The translations under genes and the position numbers were made by a program. Below are positions 33,776-43,583 of a DNA stretch of 64,000 nucleotides, in pieces. The notes beneath the pieces are model-generated. The model was given only the letters and a program-made list of their open reading frames with translations. It did not search any database and was not told the origin of the DNA. Origin of the DNA: Leptolyngbyaceae cyanobacterium (lineage in GTDB: Bacteria; Cyanobacteriota; Cyanobacteriia; Leptolyngbyales; Leptolyngbyaceae); assembly GCA_041752515.1 (NCBI GenBank), contig JBGSWI010000009.1, forward strand, positions 27-64,026. Reading direction: 5' to 3'. Position 1 is the stretch's first letter. Every line of letters begins with the position of its first letter.

Positions 33776-36736
33776 TTATTCTGGCGAATCCCCTGGATCG
33801 TCGGGTTTGTTGGCATTGGCAAACAGGTTCAAGGTCAAAGCAAGTTCTTGAGTCAAACTTTGAATATCCAGACTGATTTGATCTCGCTGTTGCTTGAGTA
33901 AGACAATACTTTTCTCTAAATTTTTCCGGTCGTTTCGCTCATTTTCTAATTCTGTTTTCAAAGAAATCACACTCTCAATCTGCTGATCACGGATGAAGGT
34001 GACGAGGTAATCGTGAACGATCTGGTAGCGATCGGCGGGAGAATCGGGAATCAGAAAAATCAGCCCAGAGCCGACCAACACTTCTAACACTAAGTCGAGA
34101 TCAGCCAACTGCGTGATCATGCCTAAGTCAATTAGATCGGCTTCTAAGTCATCGCGATTTTTAAGGAGGCGAGTCCCTTTTTCGTTAGTTAGCAAAAATA
34201 GAATGATTCGGGCGAGTTCTTCGTTTTCAAAGCCGCAATCCTTGACCACATCTTCAAGCGATCGCTGCACCAATTTTTCCTTAGGACCCTTCTCTAGATA
34301 CTTCTTCAGCGTGTCAATATCTTCGGTTTGCAGTTGAGCACCCACCACCTGAAGTTCAATGGGGCGCACCTCACCTACCTCACCCGCCAAATCTTTAACC
34401 AAGGCATCCACCAAGTCATCTGGCAAATGAAACTGGGCGTTACTCGTCAAATTTTGGATTACTGTTTTGGCAGCCTCTGGGGTAAAGTCTCCCAAGGGGT
34501 AGAGAATTTCCTTAGACAGAATGTCGTTGTCAATGATTTCTAGATTAGTCAAACGTTGAAATTCCAGCAGGTAATGCAGATAATCCTCCCGCAAAGACAG
34601 CACCACTTTAACGAAAGGCAGATTGAGGCAGTCGCGCAAAAAACGATAAAAGGGGAGGCGCGACTGCACGGTTTCATAGGCAAAAAAGAATTCTTCAAAC
34701 TGGTCAAAGATCAAAACAGGTAGACGAAGATGGGTGCTAGTTAGGGCAGAGAGGCGAGCCAGCAAAGCCGCTGGGGCGGGCAGATCGGATCTTGCTTGTG
34801 GGCGGCTGACTGCTTGCTGCTGTGGATAGACTAGAATTTTTTCTAACGTGATTTGCCAATCCGTATAGATGTCTAAAAAAATGGGAATGGTCATCCGTCC
34901 TTCGATCGCGTAGTCCATCAACATGGGGATCAGCCCAGCTTGAACGATGGAACTTTTGCCCACTCCTGAATTGCCATGAATCACCACCAGCTTATTTTTG
35001 GCATAGTTGAGCCGATCGACAATGTGCTTGACATCCTGTTGGCGACCTGACGCAGAAATTTCTTGGGCTAACAGCAACTTCTGATCAATATGAGGCGGCA
35101 ACGGAAAAGGGGCGATCGCTTGATACTGTTGGGGCTGCAAACGCAACGCTCCCACAAAAGCGCGATAGCCATACTGATGCTCGATCAGCCTACGGGCTTG
35201 GCGAGTCCGAAACGCCAACCGATACTCTCCTTTAGCAAAATAGTAGTAGCGCAGTTTTCGTAGAATTTGGATATATAGCGGCGGATTGCTTTCGGGATGA
35301 CTTGAGTCGCGAGCCGTCTCTAAATAACAGATAGCCGCCTCTAAATTGCCCAGTTCTTTTTCGGATCGCGCCAGCAAAAACCAATACCAGCCTGAATGAT
35401 AACGATGCGCCAGAGTCAGACTTTGTTCCAAATGAGGATCGGCAGGATGTCCATCCCGGTGAAGCTCAACTTCTGCCGTTTCCAAAATTTCTAACGCCTT
35501 GCCCACCTGCTCTCTAGCCAATTTCCACTCAGCCCGTTCCAGCGCCACCTCTGCCAAAAATCCATAGTCTCGCGCTAACCGAACCGGATCTTTATAGAGC
35601 TTGTGCAGGATTAACCCTTGTTTTGCAACTTCTTCCAACGCACCCCAGCGCTTCAGCTTTTGCAGCGTTTCCGCTTGAGCGATGATAAATCGAGCAACCA
35701 AATCTTGACGGTTCTCTTCCGCAAATAACAGCAGGCTCCGGCGAAAGTAGTCGTGTGCCTGTTCGCACGCATGGGTATAAGCTGAGCGTTGCAGCACGGC
35801 AGAGTAGCGCCACCACCAGCCCAGGTAGAAAAGTAGACAGGCAGCGCGTTCGGGGTAGGGAATGGGCAGGAGCGACTGAGGGGAGGAAAGCGGGGGATTG
35901 GGGGCAGGAATGCGGGAGAGCCAAAAGTTGAGGCTACGTTCGTAGAGAATATGGGCAACTTCCATTTCGCTGCGCGCGTGGGCATCTTGCCCTAGCAGAA
36001 AGTCTAGGCTGGCTTGCAGGTCGGGCGGGATGGAAAAGTGGCTGGCGTTTAGATCGGCGATCGCGCCCGTTAATTCGCTTCGGCGCAGTAGGTTGTTTGG
36101 CGGATTGAGCTTCCAATTAGCTAAAAAAGACTCATCGCCCAGATCCAAAATGGAGCTAAATAGGCGATCGGCGTGAATTTTCAGCGATCGCACCAGTTCA
36201 GTCGTCGGCAGTTCAAACCCAATTTCTGCCATTCCTGCCCAACTGTATAGATCCAAGGCGAGAGCTTTCAGCTTACACAAGACTTGATCATTCACCCACA
36301 GCACAATTGGAAACGAAAACTGCTGGCGGAGTTGATTGCGAACTAAATTCGTTGCCGTTAGCACTTCGTCAATATCCGCTACAGATTCTAATCCAAACAG
36401 CATCAGGCAGGAAGGAGTTTTGAGTTTTGAGTTTTGGGTTTTGAGTTTTGGGATCTCGTGTCTTGCCACTTCTCCCTCACTTTGGGCGATCGCCGCTTGG
36501 ATGGTTGTGTACAGCGTTTTTGCGGTTTCTGGCAGGCGCAGCATAGAAATGGAGAGATCAGATTGCTGTTGTAACTGTTGAGCCACGCGATCGCGCAGTT
36601 GGGTGTAGTTGCAGCGCACCACAATTAGAGCAAATTGGTCTTTTGATAAAGAAATTGCCCGGTTCAGCGTTTTCAACGCCTGCTCGTTCTTCGTCTGAAT
36701 CGCTTGATCTGGCATTGGATCAGGTTTCATCGACAT
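33776..36736 (-). CDS. STAND-type protein: degenerate N-terminal NTPase-like domain, TPR-like helices, nSTAND1-like ATPase, coiled-coil end
   Basis: Walker A GNSGVGKSS, Walker B LIFDQFEEFF, LSLREDY, PIELQVVG; ends in a coiled coil with no WD40 repeats. Confidence 0.82.
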   Translation of the reverse strand: MSMKPDPMPDQAIQTKNEQALKTLNRAISLSKDQFALIVVRCNYTQLRDRVAQQLQQQSDLSISMLRLPETAKTLYTTIQAAIAQSEGEVARHEIPKLKTQNSKLKTPSCLMLFGLESVADIDEVLTATNLVRNQLRQQFSFPIVLWVNDQVLCKLKALALDLYSWAGMAEIGFELPTTELVRSLKIHADRLFSSILDLGDESFLANWKLNPPNNLLRRSELTGAIADLNASHFSIPPDLQASLDFLLGQDAHARSEMEVAHILYERSLNFWLSRIPAPNPPLSSPQSLLPIPYPERAACLLFYLGWWWRYSAVLQRSAYTHACEQAHDYFRRSLLLFAEENRQDLVARFIIAQAETLQKLKRWGALEEVAKQGLILHKLYKDPVRLARDYGFLAEVALERAEWKLAREQVGKALEILETAEVELHRDGHPADPHLEQSLTLAHRYHSGWYWFLLARSEKELGNLEAAICYLETARDSSHPESNPPLYIQILRKLRYYYFAKGEYRLAFRTRQARRLIEHQYGYRAFVGALRLQPQQYQAIAPFPLPPHIDQKLLLAQEISASGRQQDVKHIVDRLNYAKNKLVVIHGNSGVGKSSIVQAGLIPMLMDYAIEGRMTIPIFLDIYTDWQITLEKILVYPQQQAVSRPQARSDLPAPAALLARLSALTSTHLRLPVLIFDQFEEFFFAYETVQSRLPFYRFLRDCLNLPFVKVVLSLREDYLHYLLEFQRLTNLEIIDNDILSKEILYPLGDFTPEAAKTVIQNLTSNAQFHLPDDLVDALVKDLAGEVGEVRPIELQVVGAQLQTEDIDTLKKYLEKGPKEKLVQRSLEDVVKDCGFENEELARIILFLLTNEKGTRLLKNRDDLEADLIDLGMITQLADLDLVLEVLVGSGLIFLIPDSPADRYQIVHDYLVTFIRDQQIESVISLKTELENERNDRKNLEKSIVLLKQQRDQISLDIQSLTQELALTLNLFANANKPDDPGDSPE
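36415..36449. repeat. heptamer tandem array (GAGTTTT)x5 inside a coding sequence
   Basis: encodes KLKTQNSKLKT in the 986-aa protein. Confidence 0.9.
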
Positions 36737-36748
36737 CTGTACCGTGTT

Positions 36749-38083
36749 TTAAATATCGTGTTTTGAATCTGCCGCCAACCAATCCTGATACCGCTTTGTC
36801 TCCGTCAGAATGGGGTTAATGCCAAACCAGCCGCCCTGAGAATCGTAATATTCAAACACAAACATACTGCGGAGTAAGGTTTGGTATTCTATTTCTCCCT
36901 TAACGCTTTGATTTTTAACCACCTGAAAAATCAGCTTCCATTCATCGTCGTCGATCGCTCGTGCCAGCCCATCTCGGCGTTCTCGGATCACTTGCTCAAT
37001 CGTGGTTCGCGAAAAGGGTGGATCGCTTTGCTGAATGCAGTTCCAAACTGAGCCGAGCAAGTTTCGCACGTGCCCGCCGCTGACCAAACAAAGGCGATCG
37101 AGCAGTTCTAAGCTATCGAAGACCTGAGGCAAAAAAGCAACCCGCTGTTTGATCGTAGCATCGGGAAACGCCCGCGCCAAAATCATATGCCTCAGCAGGT
37201 TAATGCCGTTTTTGTTCTCACTCCCATTGCGATTTTTTACGGGCACCATCGGCAGCACTTTGGGCGAAATGCCGCCCCCCATTCGTTGCTTCAAGGTTTC
37301 GTTTTCGTTGGAAAACACTAGCCCCAGGGGAATGGTGTACACGACATGGCAGTTGAGCCGCGAGAGTTGGTCACCGCGATCGATAAATAAATATTCTGGC
37401 TGGGTGCGCCCGGTTTGCAGTTGACGAGCATCCACGCGATCGAGGTTATCAATAATCACGACCAGTCCTTTTTTGCCGCGCCGCTTCAACTCTTCGATCG
37501 CCTTGCCAAATAGTTCTTCGTTAATAGACTTGAGGATGCCGTTGGTGCGTGGCTCCATATATTGCCGCAGTTGGCTGCGTAGCTTGGGACTATCTTTGGT
37601 TTTCGCCGTCACTTTGCTGATGCCAACGGAAAATTCTACTCCTGTAATATCGATCGGGGTTTGCAAAATTTCACCCACTTCCGCAAACAGAGTGATGAAA
37701 TAGTTGGGCTTAATGCGGATTTGGTTGGCTTCTAGCTTTTCGCTCACCTGATGGGCGATCGCCATCAAAATATCCGTCACATCCACATCCGACATATCCA
37801 AGTCTTCACTACTTTCAAAGTAGATTACAAAAAAACCTTGCCTCTCCAACTCTGCCTTTAGCCTGAGCAACTCAGTCGATTTGCCGCAGCCCACATGACC
37901 TGTAAATAGCTGACAGGTGCGTTCTTGTGGCAGCAGGTCAATCGTCCGGCGGAGTTCTTGAATCAAATTGGTGCCCCGCACATCTGAAAAATCAATGTAA
38001 TATTTGCGATCGCTGGGGTTGGAGTAAGACAAGGTGTGGCTGGGATTACAAGCTTTGAAAAATTGGGCAACATCTAAGGGCAT
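36749..38083 (-). CDS. P-loop ATPase (AAA/KAP-like, cyanobacterial STAND-associated)
   Basis: Walker A GHVGCGKST, Walker B VVIIDNLDR, SGGHVR, WFGINP; 12 nt upstream of the 986-aa gene. Confidence 0.88.
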   Translation of the reverse strand: MPLDVAQFFKACNPSHTLSYSNPSDRKYYIDFSDVRGTNLIQELRRTIDLLPQERTCQLFTGHVGCGKSTELLRLKAELERQGFFVIYFESSEDLDMSDVDVTDILMAIAHQVSEKLEANQIRIKPNYFITLFAEVGEILQTPIDITGVEFSVGISKVTAKTKDSPKLRSQLRQYMEPRTNGILKSINEELFGKAIEELKRRGKKGLVVIIDNLDRVDARQLQTGRTQPEYLFIDRGDQLSRLNCHVVYTIPLGLVFSNENETLKQRMGGGISPKVLPMVPVKNRNGSENKNGINLLRHMILARAFPDATIKQRVAFLPQVFDSLELLDRLCLVSGGHVRNLLGSVWNCIQQSDPPFSRTTIEQVIRERRDGLARAIDDDEWKLIFQVVKNQSVKGEIEYQTLLRSMFVFEYYDSQGGWFGINPILTETKRYQDWLAADSKHDI

Positions 38084-38113
38084 GGGAAACAGAGAATGGG
38101 GGGCAGTGAGGAA

Positions 38114-38155
38114 AGTTTTGAGTTTTGAGTTTTGAGTTCGGAGTTCGGAGTTTTG
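38114..38155. repeat. heptamer tandem array (AGTTTTG/AGTTCGG)x6
   Basis: read directly, intergenic. Confidence 0.9.
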
Positions 38156-38344
38156 AAATGGATGGGTTCTTCCTCAAAATTTAGCATTGAGAACTCAAAC
38201 TTTCCGGCATCGCTGGGTATCCTCATTTTTTGACCTGCTGGGGGCAGTCTGCCTAAATTTGCTGTAAAGCCGATCGCGTTCTGATGGGCAAGTGGCGCAA
38301 AAATTGATAGGGTTGTAGCCGACATCTTGAAGGAAATTGAGCCA

Positions 38345-38971
38345 ATGTCTGACGCGATCGCACAGTGGGTAACCGAGACGATGAGTTCAATGGGCTATTT
38401 GGGTATTGGGCTACTCATGTTCCTAGAAAATCTGTTTCCACCCATTCCGTCCGAGCTAATCATGCCACTTGCAGGGTTCACGGTCTCTCAGGGCAAAATG
38501 GAGTTTATTCCAGCCGTGGCTGCTGGGGTGCTTGGCACGGTTTTGGGCGCTTATCCCTGGTATTACGCTGGGCGATCGATTAGTGAGGCACGCATTAAAG
38601 TGCTTGCTGATCGATATGGCAAATGGCTGACGCTTTCAGGAAAAGATATTGATAAAGCCAATGAGTGGTTCAATCGGCATGGCAACATGGCAGTCTTTCT
38701 ATGCCGCTTAGTGCCCGGAGTGCGAACGCTGATTTCTATTCCGGCTGGTTTGAATGCAATGCCGTTGATTCCCTTTACGATCTATTCCACGATTGGCACT
38801 ACTTTATGGGTGGCTCTGCTGACCTTTTTGGGGTTTTATCTAGGCAAAAACTATGAAAATGTCGATCAATGGCTAGCGCCTGTATCAAAATTTGTCTTGT
38901 TTGGGTTGCTGGGGCTGTTTGGATTGTGGATTTGGAAACGAAAAAAATCTCAATCCTCTGACCGTCAATAA
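38345..38971 (+). CDS. DedA family membrane protein
   Basis: LENLFPPIPSELIMPLAGF, RLVPGVRTLISIPAG. Confidence 0.95.
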   Translation: MSDAIAQWVTETMSSMGYLGIGLLMFLENLFPPIPSELIMPLAGFTVSQGKMEFIPAVAAGVLGTVLGAYPWYYAGRSISEARIKVLADRYGKWLTLSGKDIDKANEWFNRHGNMAVFLCRLVPGVRTLISIPAGLNAMPLIPFTIYSTIGTTLWVALLTFLGFYLGKNYENVDQWLAPVSKFVLFGLLGLFGLWIWKRKKSQSSDRQ

Positions 38972-39259
38972 TTTTCCCAAGGCACAGACAGACCTGAGCA
39001 GAAATATTTAGCCTGACGATTATCTTAGTGACAGATTAGGGGATCGGTGCCGTTCTGAGAGTGCGCCGTTCTGAGAGATAATGTTGGCTAGCGATTGGGA
39101 ACAAGTTTGGTCGTCGTTTGTCGTTATACTACTGGGCTATTTGGGGGACGGCTGGCTTTCCCAATAGGGTCAAGTATTTATTACCGATGATTCTGGTGAT
39201 CATTATCTCGATCGCTGCCGCCATTGTCCATTTTATCAAGAAAGTAAATCTATCAAACG

Positions 39260-40987
39260 TTGAACGCTCGCGATCGCTACTGGCAACTTCTGACTTACAT
39301 TCGCCCCCAGAAAACACTCATCCTTCAAGCGTTGCTTTGCACGATAGGGTTTACGGCAATGTGGCCTGTTCTAGCGTGGCTAGCCGGGGAGATGGCAAAA
39401 CCGATTGCTCTGGGGCAAGTGGCAGCCATTGCAAGGCTTTCTGGAATTGCGGCTCTAGCATTTTTGGTGCAAAAAATTGCTCAATATGGGCAAGACACCT
39501 TAATGGCAAAAGCGGCTTTGGCAATTGTCTTTCAGTTGCGCACTCAGGTTTATTCCCATCTTCAGCGGCTGAGCCTCAGCTACTTTGAAACCACTCAAAG
39601 TGGCGACCTTGCCTATCGGATGACCGAAGACATCGATCGCATAGGCGAAGTGGTTAACAAAGCCTTTCATCAATTTTTGCCGAGTGTCTTACAGTTCATT
39701 GTGGTATTGGGATACATGATTTATCTCAACTGGCAACTCACCATCACCATTTTGATCATTGCGCCAGTCATGGCAATTTTGATTACCTGGTTTGGGGAAC
39801 GCATCCGTAAGCTGTCATACCGGAGTCAAGGGAATGTTTCCAATCTCTCGGCTTTGCTAGTGGAGGTATTTAGCGGAATGCGCTTGGTGCAAGCCTTTGC
39901 TGCTGAAGATTATATGCTGGGGCGTTTTAGTCGCGAAGCAGAACAGAATCGCATTGCTCGCTACAAAACTGAAAAGCTGAAGGCGATTCAAGCTCCTGTG
40001 GTAGGTTCGCTGGAAGCCTTTGCCCTGCTGTTTTTGCTCCTGTTTGGGGGCTGGCAAGTTTCGACGCAAACTATCACGGGCAGCAATTTTGTCAGCTACC
40101 TGGCAGCCGTGATTATGCTGATTGATCCGATCGCACTGGTGACGGGTAACTACAACGAGTTCAAACAAGGGGAAGCCTCGATCGATCGCGTGTTTGAACT
40201 GCTCTCCATGCAGCCCACGGTGATAGAAAAGCCGGGTGCCGCTCTGTTGCCGCCAGTGACCGGCAAAGTAGAGTATCGCGATGTTAGCTTTGCTTATAAA
40301 TCTGAGCAGCCTGTTCTGAAGCAACTCAGCTTGTTAGCGCTACCCGGAGAGGCGATCGCCCTAGTGGGTCATTCGGGTGCGGGCAAAACCACCTTGGCAA
40401 ACCTGCTGATGCGGTTTTACGATCCGCAAGATGGGCAAATTTTAGTGGATGGCATGGATATTTGCGATGTCACCTTGCGGAGTCTGCGCCGCCAGATTGG
40501 CATCGTTCCCCAGGAAACTATTTTATTTTCTGGTACGATCGCCCAAAATATTGCGTTTGGTCAAAGCGATTTAGATCTAGCTGCCATTCAAACCGCGGCT
40601 AAAATTGCTAACGCCGATCAGTTTATTGTGGAATTTCCAGACGGATATCAAACCTGGGTGGGTGAGCGGGGGGTAAATTTGTCGGGTGGACAGCGCCAAC
40701 GATTGGCGATCGCCCGTGCCGTTTTGCTCAACCCGCGTATTTTAATCTTGGATGAGGCAACGTCGTCCCTCGATTCAGAATCCGAAGCGCTGGTGCAGCA
40801 AGCCTTGGAACGGTTAATGAAAAACCGTACCGTGTTTATCATTGCCCATCGGTTAGCAACCGTCCGCCGTGCCGATCGCATTCTGGTGTTAGAACAAGGG
40901 CACGTTGTCGAGTCTGGCACCCACACCGAATTGCTAAACCAAGAAGGACGATACGCCCGCTTCTACGCCCAGCAGTTTCAGGATTAG
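39260..40987 (+). CDS. ABC transporter, fused permease/ATP-binding (MsbA-like exporter)
   Basis: transmembrane domain followed by GHSGAGKT, LSGGQRQR, ILDEATS. Confidence 0.95.
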   Translation: MNARDRYWQLLTYIRPQKTLILQALLCTIGFTAMWPVLAWLAGEMAKPIALGQVAAIARLSGIAALAFLVQKIAQYGQDTLMAKAALAIVFQLRTQVYSHLQRLSLSYFETTQSGDLAYRMTEDIDRIGEVVNKAFHQFLPSVLQFIVVLGYMIYLNWQLTITILIIAPVMAILITWFGERIRKLSYRSQGNVSNLSALLVEVFSGMRLVQAFAAEDYMLGRFSREAEQNRIARYKTEKLKAIQAPVVGSLEAFALLFLLLFGGWQVSTQTITGSNFVSYLAAVIMLIDPIALVTGNYNEFKQGEASIDRVFELLSMQPTVIEKPGAALLPPVTGKVEYRDVSFAYKSEQPVLKQLSLLALPGEAIALVGHSGAGKTTLANLLMRFYDPQDGQILVDGMDICDVTLRSLRRQIGIVPQETILFSGTIAQNIAFGQSDLDLAAIQTAAKIANADQFIVEFPDGYQTWVGERGVNLSGGQRQRLAIARAVLLNPRILILDEATSSLDSESEALVQQALERLMKNRTVFIIAHRLATVRRADRILVLEQGHVVESGTHTELLNQEGRYARFYAQQFQD

Positions 40988-41074
40988 ACGGGGGTATTTT
41001 CTAAGCAGACGGTTGCGGGTTGAGCGCAGCCCAAAGCCAGTGGCAACTAATTTGCACCAGCTAATTTGCCCCAG

Positions 41075-43063
41075 CTACTGATCGATCGCGGGCGCAAGCT
41101 GAGGGGGGTTGGGCGACCTTGCACCTACTTTAAACTCAGGCTCATCCGTCAGTAAAAATTCTCGAATCATCCGAGTGAGCGTCCGTTGAGTTAAGCCTTC
41201 AGCAATTTTTTGACCCATCTGGCGAGTCTCCGGTTTCACCAAAAGCCGAGGAATGATAGGCAGAATCATCAGCGGGTCAAACCCAGATGTTTCTTGCAAG
41301 ATCACCCAAATCCGCTGAATGTGTTCAACCGTTTTCTGATCGGTGGAGGAAACCGGGGGCGGCGTGACGGCAAACCCTAGCCGCTGACTGATTGTATAAG
41401 TAAAGTTGCGAAAGGCATGATTGCCCATCGTATCTAGTCCTCGCACAATCACATCGACTAGCTGCGATCGAATTAACTCGCCCCTGGGAGAAAAGAGGTA
41501 TTCAACGCTTTGGTCAAGCACTTTGCCCAAATCATAATCATTGCTGTCACGAGCGTTTCTCAGCAGATTTTCTAGGCGGTTCCAACGAAAGCTCTCGTCT
41601 TTAAACAGCAAATCGCGCAAAGAAGCCCGCAGTTCAGGTGCAGGATCGGTCAGCAATCGCTTCGCCACATAGGGATAGGCTTTGCTCAACACCTTGAACT
41701 CTGGATCGACGTTAATCGCAATCCCTTCTAGTGTCACGAGCGATCGAATGATTAAGGCAAAAAACGCTGGCACTTGGAAGGGATAGTCGTACATCAAGCC
41801 CGACAAATTATCTGTAATCGTCTTGATGTTGATTTCTGCAACCGTCGCGCCGAGCGCATCGTTAAACACAAACGCCAGCGCTGGAATAATCGGCGTTAGA
41901 TCGGTGTCAGCATTTAAAAAGCCGAGATTGACATAATCATTCGCCAGCCCTTCAAAGTCGCGATTGACCAAGTGAACCACTGCCTCAATCAATCCGTAGC
42001 GTTGAGCGGGCGTAACCTCACTCATCATGCCAAAGTCAAGATAAGCCAGCTTGCCGTCGGGGGTTGCCAGCAAATTACCAGGGTGTGGATCGGCATGGAA
42101 AAAGCCATTTTCCAAAAGCTGCCGCAGAGAACACTGAACTCCCACCGAAATGAGGTAGCTTGCATCAATTCCCTGTTCGCGGATGGCATCTAGCTGCGTT
42201 AGTTTGGTGCCCGTGATCCATTCCATCGTCAGAACGCGCCGTCCGGTGTATTGCCAATAAATCCGAGGGACATAGATTTCAGGAGTTTTGCCATACAGTT
42301 CGGCAAATCGCTCGGCGTTGCGCCCTTCTTGGCTGTAGTCTAGTTCTTCAAAAATGCGGGCGGCAAATTCGTCAATGATGGCAACTAAGTCACTCCGAAT
42401 TTGCTTGACGTTTTTCATTAAAAAGGCAGAAATCCGACGCAAGATGTACATATCCAGCGCAATGCTTTGAGCCAATCCCGGACGTTGTACTTTGACGGCA
42501 ACCTCTTCACCCGTTTTCAACTTACCTTTATAAACTTGCCCCAAAGACGCTGCCGCGATCGGGCTTTCGGTGAGTTCTGCATAAATCTCGTGGGGTTGAA
42601 AACCCAATTCTTCTTTAATAAATTGGTAGGCAAGGGCGTTGTCAAACGGGGGAAGCTGATCTTGTAGTTGGGTTAACTCATCTAGATAAGTCGGTGGCAC
42701 CAAATCAGGACGGGTAGAAAGTGCCTGCCCAACCTTAATGAAGGCGGGACCTAATCGAGTCAAAATTTCCCTTAGCCAAACTGCCTGTTTGCGCTGCTGA
42801 GCTTCGCTGGGTGCTTTACGATTCCACCACCAGACAAACCCGTAGCTGAGAAATGGCAAAAAGATTTGAATGATTCGCTTGAAAGCCTGCAACGGACGTT
42901 GAGAGTAAACGGCGGCGATCGCGTCAGCATCATACCGCAGTGCTTCAGCATCAGGCAGCGGCGGCTCCGCAGGCTTAAGCAGCATTCCTTCTGGCAAAGG
43001 TTCCTCAGTGAAAAACGACGGTTCAACCAAATTTTCAGACGTAAGCGAAGGAGAATAAGTCAC
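41075..43063 (-). CDS. ABC1/UbiB (AarF) family atypical kinase
   Basis: LGPAFIKVGQALSTRPD, AAASLGQVY, VAVKVQRP, FFHADPHPGN, LDFGMM. Confidence 0.95.
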   Translation of the reverse strand: MTYSPSLTSENLVEPSFFTEEPLPEGMLLKPAEPPLPDAEALRYDADAIAAVYSQRPLQAFKRIIQIFLPFLSYGFVWWWNRKAPSEAQQRKQAVWLREILTRLGPAFIKVGQALSTRPDLVPPTYLDELTQLQDQLPPFDNALAYQFIKEELGFQPHEIYAELTESPIAAASLGQVYKGKLKTGEEVAVKVQRPGLAQSIALDMYILRRISAFLMKNVKQIRSDLVAIIDEFAARIFEELDYSQEGRNAERFAELYGKTPEIYVPRIYWQYTGRRVLTMEWITGTKLTQLDAIREQGIDASYLISVGVQCSLRQLLENGFFHADPHPGNLLATPDGKLAYLDFGMMSEVTPAQRYGLIEAVVHLVNRDFEGLANDYVNLGFLNADTDLTPIIPALAFVFNDALGATVAEINIKTITDNLSGLMYDYPFQVPAFFALIIRSLVTLEGIAINVDPEFKVLSKAYPYVAKRLLTDPAPELRASLRDLLFKDESFRWNRLENLLRNARDSNDYDLGKVLDQSVEYLFSPRGELIRSQLVDVIVRGLDTMGNHAFRNFTYTISQRLGFAVTPPPVSSTDQKTVEHIQRIWVILQETSGFDPLMILPIIPRLLVKPETRQMGQKIAEGLTQRTLTRMIREFLLTDEPEFKVGARSPNPPQLAPAIDQ

Positions 43064-43230
43064 GGGTCGCTTTTAGCTCAGGTAAAGGGGCAGTCAACGT
43101 TGCAGGTTGGATCATAGCTATCTAACTAAGAGAACCAGCCTAGATGTAACGTATTGTAACAAGCAGATTGCAACAGTGCGGTCAAAATAACCTTACTGGG
43201 TTCAAGAGAGTAAAAGAAAGATTTCTCACA

Positions 43231-43378
43231 CCAATTTGAAATTGAAACGCGACAGATGATTGCTGGAATCGGCAATGTTTCTTTGCCTTGCAACTCAAAA
43301 CTCAAAATATCTCCTTTGGAGACGCTACGCGTGGGCAGAGCCAGTCCGAAGGACTTACAAAACTCAAAATTCAAAACC
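43231..43378. repeat. composite dispersed repeat, copy 2 (with extra ~25-bp insert)
   Basis: shares a 30-nt identical head and internal blocks with 27715-27838; extra TGGGCAGAGCCAGTCCGAAGGACTT after CGCTACGCG. Confidence 0.85.
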
Positions 43379-43583
43379 GTATCGCACCGTTGAGGCAAAC
43401 ACGCCAAGATTCTCCGCATTTCCTATTTTTACCGTTCTGGATTGCCCATTCACTGGGATCACCCGGATCAGAGCGATCGCCCAAAATCTTGCTCACGGGA
43501 TATTGTCTTTAAGTTGGCTGGAGGCGGAGGCATCGGGTTGATCAACCCCTGTGTTTTATAGTGTAACTGGCTGACTTGAGCCG

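Noticed and set aside
39047-39078. Short duplications (GCCGTTCTGAGA x2; also TTTCTGCCCTGAC x2 near 4988-5022 and CTAATTTGCMCCAG x2 near 41046-41075)
   Set aside because: Two-copy local slippage duplications with no further structure.
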